Below, in pieces: positions 35,694 to 48,221 of a DNA stretch of 64,000 nucleotides (positions within the stretch are counted from its first letter, which is position 1; every line of letters begins with the position of its first letter). The notes beneath the pieces are model-generated. The model saw only the letters and a program-made list of their open reading frames with translations, made no database searches and was not told where the DNA came from. Location of the stretch: NCBI GenBank assembly GCA_963514005.1, contig OY740782.1:105772001-105836000 (forward strand), written 5' to 3'. This stretch comes from Raja brachyura (Eukaryota). Position numbers and translations under genes: made by a program.

Positions 35694-38050
35694 TTGCTTT
35701 AAACAAATGTTCATGTTCTATATCCTCTGGAGGATAAGGTACAAGTCACACAGCTTGCAGCTTTATCATTGTGTTGTGCTTTTTGAGTGTAGACAACATC
35801 CTGCCATGCTAAAATACCTGTACAAAATTATGTTATACTATTGTGCTGACATTGACAAGTGTATTTTTCAAGGCATTGTACACAACCCACCTTTTTTTTC
35901 ATTTATCAAGATTCTTCATTGATACAAATACTCACCACCATTTCAGGTTATAAATGTATCACCAATCCTCATAATGCAGCTGCATGATACAGGAATTTAA
36001 TGAACCGGGCAAAGACAACTTGGAGAGGCATCGGATCGTTTCGTACTCTAAGCTTTGTCTAGCGTGTCTTACAGTGAAGTAAATATTTTACAATTGGGGA
36101 ACCACGGTGTCAAGCCTGCTTAGAGGAAGACATTGCAAACAATAATACAGAATAGGTATTAGCTCAAGTAAAAAGATACCTTGATTTTTTTCCATGCAAT
36201 TCCAGAGCACTCCTTGTCCTTGTGAGGGGACAGATAATTTATTTTGACACATCATCCAAACTTCAGTATCTTTGTCAGTAGAACTCTGTTAGTGTTGCAT
36301 TGAAGCATGAGACTGAATTATGCCCTTAATACACAATAGTGTGACTTACCCCACAATCCTCAGGCAGAGGTAGCAAAGGATATGACTGAATCATTGGCAG
36401 GGGTAGATGTTTTCCTGCTGAGGAAGGGGTGAAATGTTGTTGGATGTAAATGGGAATCCAATGTTTAACATTGGCTCAGTCAGAATCCTACTGAATGGTG
36501 AAGAAGGCTCAAAGTGCTGACCATTCTATGCGTGTTCATGCCTCTATATTTGTATGGGGTAGCACAGTGGCATAACAGTAGAGTTGTTGCCTTACAGCGC
36601 CAGAGACCCAGGTTCAATCATGACTATGGGTGCTGTCTATACAGAGTTGGCACATTCTCCTTTGGACTGCATGGGTTTTATCCGGATGCTCCAGTTTCCT
36701 CCCACATTCCAAAGATGTGCAGGTTTATAGGTTAATTGTCTTCTGTAACTTGTCCTTAGTGTGTAGAATAGAACTTGTGTACAGGTGATCCTTGGTTGGA
36801 GCAGATTCAGTGGGCAAAGGGCCTGTTTCTGCACTGTATCTCTAAACTAAACTATTTTAAATTTTGTGCATCTCTGCAGCACTTTGCTTTTGGGCAGCTA
36901 TATTTTTTTATTGGAATGTAGTAATTATTTTGGAAAGCCATCTTATTTTTACATAGCAGTGGCTGCACCAGTGCGTCAAATTCCTTGAAAAATATTCCAC
37001 ACCATCATCTACACAATTCGGATGGTCAATTGGCAATATATTTAACAGCAACTGAACATCAGCCAACGAATTTGGATTGAAACCTCACTCTTGCTGTGAG
37101 GAATGTTGGAAGTGAACGGTAATTTTAAATTTAGTGGAGAAGGAAAATTACCAATAATAGACCATCTCCCATTGAAAGCAATGCACAGGAAATTTGGAGA
37201 AGTAACATGGACAGCTATTTTGTTACCAGCAGTTTCTCTTCACTTTTCAATATCATAATCGCTTCTCAGGAATCTATGTACCGATTTGTCCATTTATGTT
37301 GTTGTGACAATACAGATGCAGTATTCACAAAATAACAAAATGTCACGCAAAAACAACACCACGTGAAAAAATAATTTGGCCAGTTTTTCATTCAACTTCT
37401 AAGGGATGCAAGTGTCTGTGTTACGTTATACAATTAACAGGGACTTTATTAAAGCAGACAAATATTGAAGATACGTGAAATGGTTGAAATATTCTGGTCA
37501 ATTAGCTTGGAGGACATTAGTACTTTTTCTCCATTAGCAATGACTTATCTTATGTGAATTTCCAAGATTTTCAGTTCATCCACCATAGCTACAATTCAAA
37601 AGAGAGTCGCTATAAAAATTGACAACCTCTCATAATAAATATTTTAGTGATCACTTTATCCACTAAATATTTACGAAATACATGCACTGTTTCTCAAGTA
37701 TGGAAGGTGTTTGTTCGGGAAAAGGATTCCACTTTAAGAAAGTTTTGCAGTGCGTAACTGTCCATATCCATTAATTGTACAGAGTATTTGCTTCACTATT
37801 ATGTACTCCATTTTTATCATTTTTTTAAACAGAAACAAAAGAAATATGAACATGCTAAATCTCCTACCTGGAACTAAGTGTAATATGCACAGATCACAGA
37901 ATGTCAGAAAGACACTTAAAAGTATGATCTTTCATAAACAACAGGTAGACAAAAATGCTGGAGAAACTCAGTGGGTGAGGCAGCATCTATGGAGCAAAGG
38001 AAATAGGCAACTTTTCGGGCTGAAACCCTTCTTCAGACTTTCATAAGCAA
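35694..38050 (+). repeat. Left arm of a large inverted duplication
   Basis: Reverse complement of 39145-42105, including the shared SINE and the shared Penelope-terminal repeat. Confidence 0.95.
36557..36853 (+). mobile_element. tRNA-derived SINE (duplicated at 40630-40925, minus strand)
   Basis: A and B boxes (GGTTCAATC), central domain, CTAAA tail. Confidence 0.8.
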
Positions 38051-38279
38051 AGAGCTGCTTTTCCCAAATTCTATGTAGCGTGGCAAGGTTCCTATTAAAT
38101 AATATTTTGTTTTTGCATCTAATTAGCTCCTAGTTATTCTCATGAGCCCAATCCAAGTGTTTTTTTTTTTTGCTTAAGTCACCATAGCTCATTATTGTGA
38201 ACTTTAGATGTTTGGCTTCTGTTAGGTTAGAATTGTCCTGTTCTCTGAAGCACTATCTGAGGAAAGCTCTCATTGTAGG

Positions 38280-38935
38280 ATGCTTCAGATTTTCAATGTT
38301 GATTGGCTTACAGGCATGCTCACTACCACATGTGTCTTTACGGTTCCTGCCTCTGCCTTCTACCTCGGTTCCAGACATCCAAATTCAGATCCAACTTGGA
38401 TTTTGCTTGGGCAGTTTACAACCCAGTGGTATGAGTGGGTTACACAAAAAGCTGGAGAAACTCAGCGGGTGCAGCAGCATCTAAGGTATAACCCTCCTTA
38501 GATGCTGCTGCACCCGCTGAGTTTCTCCAGCTTTTTGTGTAACCCTCGATTCTCCAGCATCTGCAGTTCCTTCTTTAACACCAGTGGTATGAGTATTTGT
38601 TTCTCAAACTTCAAGTAATCCTTGCATCCCCCCTCTCTCCATCCCTCCCCATCCAAGTCACACCAGTTTCAAAGTCGTCTTATTGAGTCTCATTGTCTGT
38701 ACTTTTTTCAACTAGGCCACAGCTAACAATGGGATGTTTCCTTTACCATCATTACTTCTTTTTGCATATCTTTCATTCTTTTTTGCTATATCTCTCCACA
38801 TCACCGTCTATATAGCTAATTTCCCTTTCCCCTGACTCTCAGTCCGAAGAAGGACCCAAAACGTTACCTATTCGTTTTCTCTAGAGATGCTGTCTGACAC
38901 ACTGAGTTACTACAAATTTTTGTGTCTATCTTCTA
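38280..38935 (+). mobile_element. Old Penelope fragment carrying a nested younger palindromic Penelope terminus (38437-38580)
   Basis: 50-bp perfect inverted repeat 38437-38486 / 38496-38545; flanking duplication CCAGTGGTATGAGT at 38423 and 38581. Confidence 0.8.
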
Positions 38936-39835
38936 TTACTGCTGTCGATTTGGGGTCAGGCTGTTGAAGAAAGCAATAGGAAAGGCAATAGTCAGGCAAA
39001 TGGCCACTAGAACCTAACATAATGCAAGTGGCAGGGATGTCCTTGGGGTTTCTCAATTAGATAATTATGTAATGTAATGAGTGCCAGGGCTAGGATGGTG
39101 GATGTTGTCATTAAATTTTTTAAGTTGTCTGATGAAACAGGATGTTGCTTATGAAAGTCTGAAAAAGGGTTTCGACTCGAAAAGTTGCCTATTTCCTTCA
39201 CTCCATAGATGCTGCCTCACCCGCTGAGTTTCTCCAGCATTTTTGTCTACCTGTTGCTTATGAAAGATCGTACTTTAAGTGTCTTTCTGACATTCTGTGA
39301 TCTATGCATATTACACTTAGTTCCAGGTAGGAGATTTAGCATGTTCATCTTTCTTTTATTTCTGTTTAAAAAAATGATAATGAAGTACATAATAGTGAAA
39401 CAAATACTCTGTACAATTAATGGATATGGACAGTTACGCACTGCAAAACTTTCTTAAAGTGTAATCCTTTCCCCTAACAAACCACTTCCATACTTGATAA
39501 ACAGTGCATGTATTTTGTAAATATTTAGTGGATAAAGTGATCACTAAAATATTTATTATGAGTGGTTGTCAATTTTTATAGTGACTCTTTTGAATTGTAG
39601 CTATGGTGGATGAACAGAAAATTCCGGAAATGCACACAAGATAAGTCATTGCTAATGGAGAAAAAATAATGATGTCCTCCAAGCTAATTGACCAGAATAT
39701 TTCAACCTTTCACATATCTTCAATATTTGTCTACTTTAATAAAGTCCTTGTTAATTGTATAACGTAACACAGACACTTGTATCCATTAGAAGTTGAATGA
39801 AAAACTGGCCAAATTATTTTTTCATGTGGTGTTGT

Positions 39836-40452
39836 TTTTTTAAAAATAATATTTTTATTAGAAGTAAGCATTTCAGAATGCTAAAACAAATTTACAAATA
39901 CCAACTTAATTCGGTATTTATACAAATATCACATTGATTATTATTATCTTCTGTTTTTTAGAAATAGAGAGAAAAAGAAAAAAGAATAGGTTTTAAATCA
40001 ATAAAGGTTGTGATTAAATAATGATTTTGATTATATATAAAAAAGAAAGGAAAAAAAAACAAAACAATTAATATATATCTATTTAATATATATTTTTTTT
40101 TTTAAACAGTAAAAAGTATTATATATATATATAAAAGAAAAACAACAAAATATATTGTAAATAAAACTATTACAAATGATAATATCAATAGAGACATGTA
40201 TACAAATCCCAGTTTGAAAATGAATTATTTTCATCAAATCCTGTCGGGTATCCATTGTGTTGTGATGCCAAGAACAGCTACCCCCTCAAATATTGTATAT
40301 ATGGAGACCATATCTGTTCAAAGATTTCATATTTGTCCATTAGGACAAATCTAATTCTTTCCAAATGCAACGTCTTCGACATCTCTGCTGTCCACATTTT
40401 AATTGTGGGGGATAATGTTCCCTTCCAAAATTTCAATATTATTATTGCCAAT
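39836..40452 (-). mobile_element. L1/Tx1-type LINE 3' end
   Basis: ILKFWK...SPTIKMW..EM...LHLERIRF.......FEQIWSPYIQYL (ORF2 C-terminus); AT-rich 3' UTR with AATAAA and an A-rich tail. Confidence 0.8.
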
Positions 40453-41304
40453 TGATCATCCGAATTGTGCAGATGATGGTGTGGAATATTTTTCAAGGAA
40501 TTTGATGCACTGGTGCAGCCACTGCTATGTAAAAATAAGATGGCTTTCCAAAATAATTACTACATTCCAATAAAAAAATATAGCTGCCCAAAAGCAAAGT
40601 GCTGCAGAGATGCAGATAATTTAAAATAATTTAGTTTAGAGATACAGTGCAGAAACAGGCCCTTTGCCCACTGAGTCTGCTCCAACCAAGGATCACCTGT
40701 ACACAAGTTCTATTCTACACACTAAGGACAAGTTACAGAAGACAATTAACCTATAAACCTGCTCATCTTTGGAATGTGGGAGGAAACTGGAGCATCCAGA
40801 TAAAACCCATGCAGTCAAAAGGAGAATGTGCCAACTCCGTAAAGACAACACCCATAGTCATGATTGAACCTGGGTCTCTGGCGCTATAAGGCAACAACTC
40901 TACTGTTATGCCACTGTGCTACCCCATACAAATATAGAGGCATGAACACGCATAGAATAGTCAGCACTTTGAGCCTTCTTCACCATTCAGTAGGATTCTG
41001 ACTGAGCCAATTTTAACCATTGATTCCCATTTACATCCAACAACATTTCACCCCTTCCTCAGCAGGAAAACATCTACCCTGCCGATGATTCAGTCATATC
41101 CTTTGCTACCTCTGCCTAAGGATTGTGGGGTAAGTCACTCTATTGTGTTTTAAGGCATAATTCAGTCTCATGCTTCAAAGCAACGCTAACAGAGTTCTAC
41201 TGACAAAGATACTGAAATTTGGATGATATGTTGAAATAAATTATCTGTCCCCTCAAAAGGACAAGAAAGTTCTCTGGAATTGCATGAAAAAAAAATCAAG
41301 GTAT

Positions 41305-41589
41305 TGTAGCGGCACCATACGTGGTGAATAAAGGTGAGACGTCAGGCCGGTTCAACCTGTTGTTTATTCAGTCGTTACGTTAGGTTGGTGCGCTAACCAT
41401 ATTACAATGTTGCTGTAGCTGAGCAAGGTTGTACTCTCAAGCTCAGCTACCTGTTGACTCCTTCAGGTCTCGAGGTGAGAGACCTTAAGTACCAGGACAC
41501 TCCCTCTAGCCCATGACATCACGTGCCCGCCCTCGTATCTCCTGACGAGGGTTTGAGCATAAGTGGCCCGTGTATAGGCTGACGCCACA
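41305..41589. mobile_element. Solo LTR (285 bp)
   Basis: TGTAGCG...CGCCACA termini with GTAT target duplication; absent from the left arm, where the empty site is at ~36176. Confidence 0.9.
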
Positions 41590-43298
41590 GTATCTTTTTA
41601 CTTGAGCCAATACCAATTCTGCTTTATTGTTTGCAATGTTTTCCTCTAAGCAGGCTTGACACCATGGTTCCCCAATTGTAAAATATTTACTTCACTGTAA
41701 GACATGCTAGACAAAGCTTAGAGTACGAAACGAGCCAATGCCTCTCCAAGTTGCCTTCGCATGGCTCATTAAATTCCTGTATCATGCAGCTGCATTATGA
41801 GGATTGGTGATACATTTATAACCTAAAATGGTGGTGAGTGTTTGTATCAATGAAGAATCTTCATAAATGAAAAAAAAAGGTGGGTTGTGTACAATGCCTT
41901 GAAAAATACACTTGTCAATGTCAGCAAAAGAGTATAATATAGTTTTGTAGAGGTATTTTAGAATGCAGGATGTTTGTCAGCATGATACTCTTTCTGACCG
42001 CGTGAATGCCCCTGGTTTATAAGCACAACACATTGATAAAGCTGCAAGCTGTGTGTCTTGTACCTTATTCTCCAGAGGATATAAAACATGACATTTGTAA
42101 AGCAAGCAAATTCAGATTCTACTACTAAGAGATTTTGAAAGTATATTATAAGGTTACGTCATGTGATAGGAATAGAATTAGGCCATTCAGTCCATCAAGT
42201 CATTCAATCATGGCTGATCTATTTCTCCCTCTCAACCATATTCTCCTGCTTTCGCCCCATAACCCCCGACACCTGTACTAACCATTAATCTATCTATCTC
42301 TGCCTTATAAACATCCATTGACTTGGCCTCCACAGCCTTTTGTGGTAAAGAATTCCACAGATTCACCACCGTCTGACTAAAGAAATTCTCCTCATCTCCT
42401 TCTAATAGGAACGTCCTTTAATTCTGAGGCTATGACCTCTAGTCCTAGACCTTCACACTAGTGGAAACAACCTCTCCACATCCTCTTCATCCAAGCCTTT
42501 CACTATTTGATGAGTTTCAATGAGGTTCCCCCTCATTCTTCTAAGCTCCAGCGAGTACAGGCCCAGTGCCGTTAAACGCTTATCATATGTTAACCCACTC
42601 ATTCCTTGGATCATTCTTGTTAACCTCCTCTGGACCCTCTCCACAGCCAACACATCATTCCTCCAATATATTGCTCACAATACTCCAAATGCAGCCTGAC
42701 CAGTGCCTTAGAGCCTCAGCATTGTATCCCTGTTTTTGTATTGTAGCCCTCGTGAAATAAATGTTAGCATTGCATTTGCCTTCCTGACTACCAATTCCCC
42801 TTTCAAATTAACTTTTTCCTCCTGCACTCCCAAGTGGCTTTGTCCCTCTGATTTGTGGAATCCCTCCCCATTTAGAAAATAGTCTTCGCCTTTATTCCTG
42901 CTGCCAAAATGCATGACTCCACACTATATTTCATATGCGTGACTCTACACTATATTCCATCTAACACTTCTCTGCCCACTTCCAACCTGTCCAAATCTCT
43001 CTGTAGAGTACCTGTTTTCTCTACACTACCAGCACCTCCACCTATTTTCGCCTGCAAACTTAGCCACAAAGTCTTCAATCCCCTCATCCAAATCATTAAT
43101 ATACAACGTGAAGAGTAGTGGCCTCAGCACCAACCTCTGCCCAACTCTGCTAGTCACTGGCAGCCAACCAGAAAAAGCCCACTTTATTGCCACTCTTTGT
43201 TCTTATACCAACCAGCCATTCTGTTATCCATGCTAGTATCTGCCCTTTGATAGTATGGGCTCTCATCTTCCTCAGCAATCTCAGATGTGGCACCTTAA

Positions 43299-44006
43299 TG
43301 GACCTGTCCCACTTATGTGACTTTTTAGGCGACTACAGGAGACTATGAGGTCGCCACATGTTCGCCGGTGGCTGCCGGGTGGTCACCTGCGTGGTGGTGA
43401 GTAGTTCCCGCATTCTTGGAACTAGTCACGGCATAAATCTGGTCGCCGCTAATTTTTCAACATGGAGAGTAGTGAGAATTCACATGACGTAGGTGCAGTG
43501 GTAGTGGGTTGCCAGGAGGTCGTAGGTTATCGACGGTGCTGACCGGTGAATTTCATTGGCTCATTGGGAAAAAAAACGTAAACAGTAGTTTTCAGAACCA
43601 AGGATAACAAACCAATAATGTTAATGTCCACCAAGCTTCACAGCCGTGTATCTCTGCTTTCTTAATAGTTGTCTCCACTCCTTCTCCCACCATCTTTTAA
43701 AGGGCTTATGTGACACTTCCTGTACACTGTGCTTTCACTGTCTTAATTACAGCGCCAACCTTCCTATTCATCGTGGTGCGTGTCTGTATCACATTGGCTT
43801 TGCACCGTGTGAATTTCACTCAGACAATGCTCCCCCCGCTTGCCCTGTCCCCCGCCTGCATAACTGGCTGGTGAAGGAAGCGATGTGTGTTTGTGTGTGT
43901 GTTCCACTCTGACAGTCGCCGTTCCAGTCGCCAGTTTTTCAGTGACCTGCTACGACTTGACAGTCACTGGATGTTGCCTGAAAAATCACTTAAGTGGGAC
44001 AGGCAT
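43299..44006. mobile_element. PIF/Harbinger-like MITE (longer relative of 32878-33195)
   Basis: TIR tggacctgtcccactta / taagtgggacaggca; internal similarity to 32878-33195. Confidence 0.75.
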
Positions 44007-44824
44007 ATACAGGTTTTCTGAATAACTAGGTAAACTGAATCTAGTTTGTCTGTCCTGCTACTTACTTCTTTAAAGTATTCCAGAAGAGCTCCCCTTCACA
44101 GTACCATGCTGATTTTGTTCTATTTTATCATGAACTTCCAAGTACTCCGTAGCCTCATGCTTTATAAATGCCTCTTAAAATCTTACCAACCACTGAATTC
44201 AGACGAACCGGCATATAGTTTCCACGATTCTGTTTTGCTCCCTTCTTGTACAGCGGGGTAATATTGGCAATTTTCCAATAGTCTGAAACCACTCCAGTCT
44301 CTAGCGATTCCTGAAATATCACTATAATGCCTCTATCTATCTTTCTTTCTTTCTATACATCTATCTATCTATACATAGCTAAAACTCTGATCTTGTTATG
44401 TTCCAGTTTGGCAGTCTTTCTATTTGCGCAAAAACGGTTCGCGATAGCGCTACGATATTTCGGCAGTTCACTCACCGTTCTCCTAGGCGGCGAATGCACC
44501 AAGTTTTGTTCCGATCGGTTGATCGGTCTTAAAAACCGCTCGAACGCAGATCGATCTCTTCTCCTGCCAATCAGCGCCGTGCGGATTAGCCTTTCCCCTG
44601 TCGCTCCCCGGGACGGTCTGCCCCTTCCTGCGCCATTGCGTATTTACAGGGGCTGAGGATGGCCAGCGCAGTTTTCCAACCACACTTTCGGAGGGACGCG
44701 AAGCAGCCCCGCCCCAAGCAGCCCGGCCTCAAGCAGCCCGGCCCCGCCCCAAGCAGACCCCCCCAAGCAGCCCCCCCCCCCCCAAGCAGTAGCCCCGCCC
44801 CAAGCAGCAGCCCCGCCCCAAGCA

Positions 44825-44878
44825 GAGGTGGGAGATTGCAACCTTCACGTGGTCCACCCTGTTTCGACTAATGTAATC
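44825..44878 (+). ncRNA. HDV-like ribozyme (one P1 mismatch)
   Basis: P1 GAGGTGG/CCACCCT, P2 GATTGCA/TGTAATC, P3 ACC/GGT, L3 TTCACGT, J4/2 CTAA. Confidence 0.7.
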
Positions 44879-44952
44879 AACCTGGCGTGCACAATCAAAT
44901 AGAACAAGTTGTCTTCCAACTTTAGGCTGTGCACGCCATACGCAAGACGAAA
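44825..44952 (+). mobile_element. Short retroposon headed by an HDV-like ribozyme, copy 1
   Basis: Target duplication CCCCAAGCA; homologous to 48103-48221. Confidence 0.8.
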
Positions 44953-47052
44953 CCCCAAGCAGCAGCATAGCCCCAAGCAGCAGCCCAGCATTGGAGACCC
45001 GACCCAGCCCAGCCTTGGAGATGTCGCCAAAGGGAAAGCGGAGGCTCAGATCCCGGAGGCGGAGGAGAACGACCAGTGACCAGTGCCCGCAATGAGTCCC
45101 CATCGCACCGCCAATTCCAGCCACTACCCCTCTGGTCCCCCCCTCCCCCGTGATGCCCCCCTCTCCCCATGGCTCTCTCCCGTGTTTTTTTCTGAGCTCA
45201 CTACCCCCCCGCTCATACACCCCTCTCGCCCGCAACCCTCAACCGCCCACACACCCCTCTCCTGCCACACAACCCCCCGCCTGCCCACACACCCCTCCCC
45301 CCAAGTCCCCCTGCCCACACACCCCTTTCCCCAAGTCCCTCTCCCCCACACACACCCCTCCACAAGTTCCCCTGCCCACACGTCCACATACACCACATCC
45401 CCACATGCACCACCCCCTCCCGCCCACATGTACCACCACCTTCCCACATGTACCACCACCTTCCCACTTGTACCACCACCTTCCCACACGCACCGCCCCC
45501 TCCCCACATGCACCGCCCCCTCCCCACACACACCACCTTCTCCCCACACACACCACCCCCACATGCACCTCCCCCCCCACATGCACCACCCCCCTCCCAC
45601 ATGAGACACGCCTGCGCAGTTAGGGGCTATGGATGAGTGGTGGTATATTGCGTTGGGGGAACAGGTTGTGTTGAGAGAACGGGTAAGTGGTGGAATATTG
45701 CGTTGGGGAATAAGTTGCCTCAGGTGACCAGGCCTCCTCTGTGATTGGGACCCAACGGGTCCCACTTCATCTAATAATTCTTAAAACCACCTCTTTTATC
45801 ACCCTCGGATGCAGTCCATCTGGTCCAAGTGACATATCCACCTTCAGCCCTTTCAGCTTCCCAAGCACCTTCTCTTTAGTAATAGCCATTCAACTATTAC
45901 TGGCTCTCTTAAATTTCACCCCCTGGCTCTCTTAAATTTCAAGCATGTTCCTGGTGTCTTCCACTGTGAAGACTAATGCAAAAGGTTATTCAATTCCTCT
46001 GCCATTTATTCCCCATATCACTATCTGCAATTTAACTGCAGCGGTTTACTATTTAAATAAAACAAACATGCATTCTCGATTAAGTTTGCTGCAGCTTGCT
46101 AACATGGTAGAAATGGTATGAATGTAATTTATAACAATATTAATAATTTGTTAAATATTATTAGATTTGTATTTACACACTGTTGTCTTTTCAAAATGGT
46201 TGTTCCAGGTATACACAAGATGGCTTGGATGTTTTTGTAAAAGTAATGAATTATGGAGAAGTCTAAGATAACTGGAACCTGGTAGAAATGAAGGAACACC
46301 TGGTGTAGGAGATAATGTGTGGGCAAAAACAACACGTTATCCTTGACCTTTTGCTGATTAATATGACGGTGCTGCAATTGTACATTGATTGCCATGTTAA
46401 ATTCACTACCAAAAGATGCATCTAGTAATTAATGGCATATCCACTCTTTTGAAACATTATAATCAGTTTTTGACCCTTGATCGATCTTTCAACCTGAAAA
46501 GTGAACAATTAAAATGTGTGATGTCTCACCTCAAGACATTAATTTTAAGATTTAAAGAGTGACATTTTAAAATGTCACTGTTATTTCTTTTTTTTTGCTT
46601 CCATATTTATAGAATCTAATTTAAGATCAAACCATCCCTAATGCACAGGTGTAACCTAATGAACTAGTGTTCGAGCAGTGTTTCACATCTGCAAATTCTT
46701 GCCTATTTTGCTTTAGATATGTTTTTAAAAAGAAAATCTTATTTAATGGTAACAAGAAAATTGAAAACATGAGCCCCCTGGATTTAAAAATAATCCTGCT
46801 CGGATATTAAAGTCATTCAGGCAGAAGCAGCAATACCTGGTTAGGAATGTTAAAACCAGGAAAGCTTCTGTGCCCTGTTTTAAGAACCTGCAGAAGTAGG
46901 GGTAGATACTTATTACATCCTCCAGATTTGAACCAGAACAAAGACAAGGCAGGATGTGTAGGAAGGAACAGCAGGATCATGTAGGAAGGGACTGGTTTAA
47001 AGCTGGGAAAACTCAGTGGGAAAGGCAGCATCTCTGGAGAAAAGGAATGAGT

Positions 47053-47080
47053 GACGTTTCGGGTCATGACCCATCTTCAG
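47053..47080 (-). ncRNA. Minimal hammerhead core in a Penelope-terminal repeat (~46980-47105)
   Basis: Minus strand CTGAAGA TGGGTC-AT-GACCC GAAAC GTC. Confidence 0.6.
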
Positions 47081-48102
47081 AATAGTCATGGGAAAGGGAA
47101 ATAAGAGAATATCTCTCCAAATCATCATCTGTATCTCTCTGCATGGTTTAGTCTTTCTCATCTTACAAAGGGCGAAGAATAGACTTATTTTAATTCCCAA
47201 ATAATACCGACAATTTGTGGCCTTTATAATGAATTTACAATCCATATCACAGGATATCCTAACCAACATTACAGTTAGAATCAAGCAAACCACAATGATG
47301 GTTCAAAGCTATATTGTCTAGATTCCAGGAACTGCTGCAACAAGTATAAGCAATTCATCTGGACAATACTACTTCATAAACCAAGAGGCACCCAACCTTA
47401 ACCTCCCATCCACAAACTATATCAGAGATGTTTTTTTCCCCATATGTGATCAGTGTAGTCTTACATTCCATGTTAATGAATATTTTAAATATCCTCTTGT
47501 GAATCACTTAAAGGATGAATCACTTATGGCAATTTTGAAAGATTAATAACAAATCAGAATTAGATTATGCGATATCCTCCTTATGGGATTAGGCATGAAA
47601 CACTTTAAAATATTTTGCAAAAGATACAGCAAAGACAAGTTTGGATAATCTTAACTTTATCGGAGTGACTGAAATTTCACGATTTTGTTTGCTCAATATT
47701 CGCCCGTGGTTTTGGGAGCCTTTCTCAAATAGACCACAAAACACCTCATTAAAGTGCTCCAGAAAATGCAACAAAGTGTCTGTCATTCTAAGCCTGGAGA
47801 ACATAAAGCAGGCTAGTGTTGAAATGGCTGTTGGAAAATTGTACAACTTTCCCATCTTATAGCTTTTTCACTTCCTCAGAAATCTTTATGTGAAGGGAAG
47901 CCTCATGCGGCAGACAGCCTGGGCCTTTTTTGGATTCAAAAGAAGCAATTTACCACAAGCTCAGTATAGACTGGATGATGAGTCAGAAGTGTGCCCTTCT
48001 TGCCATGGGTGTTTTTGTGGATAGTTGTGGATAGGGGAATGGGGGCTTTGAGAGGGAGTCAGAGGAATGACGCTGGCTTCATTACAGATGAGATATAGTG
48101 AG

Positions 48103-48156
48103 GGGGTGGAAGATTGCAACCTTCATGTGGTCCACCCTGGTTCGACTAATGCAATC
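48103..48156 (+). ncRNA. Minimal HDV-like self-cleaving ribozyme
   Basis: P1 GGGGTGG/CCACCCT with G1-U wobble, P2 GATTGCA/TGCAATC, P3 ACC/GGT, L3 TTCATGT, P1.1 GG, no P4 stem (TTCGA), J4/2 CTAA with the predicted catalytic C at 48146. Confidence 0.8.
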
Positions 48157-48221
48157 GGATAAGATCAAATAGAACAAGTTGTCCTATAACTTTAGGCTGT
48201 GCACCACCATATGCAAGAAGA
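48103..48221 (+). mobile_element. Short retroposon headed by an HDV-like ribozyme, copy 2
   Basis: 12-bp target duplication AGATATAGTGAG (48091-48102 and 48222-48233); (AAG)n tail. Confidence 0.85.

Larger units (their letters stand above)
39145..42105 (-). repeat. Right arm of the large inverted duplication, with two later insertions
   Basis: Reverse complement of 35694-38050. Confidence 0.95.
44336..45774 (+). mobile_element. Non-autonomous Helitron-like element
   Basis: 5' TCTAT...TAAAACTCT; 3' hairpin GGGACCC-AAC-GGGTCCC followed by CTAA; the subterminal region is shared with 34840-34965. Confidence 0.7.
42155..46010 (-). mobile_element. Decayed CR1 LINE interrupted by a MITE (43299-44006) and a Helitron-like element (44336-45774)
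   Basis: VQRRLTRMI.GM.GLTY..RL..LGLYSLE.RRMRG; KAN.ML.FISRGLQYK; sequence resumes after 45774 with a SLGPDGLHPRV-type motif. Confidence 0.85.

Noticed and set aside
44644-45765. Multiple Pro/His/Gly-rich ORFs
   Set aside because: Low-complexity interior of a Helitron-like element.
47589-47990. Protein-like ORFs on both strands, each containing GKLYNFP
   Set aside because: The shared peptide comes from a short DNA palindrome; no family motif or clear splice signals were recognised.
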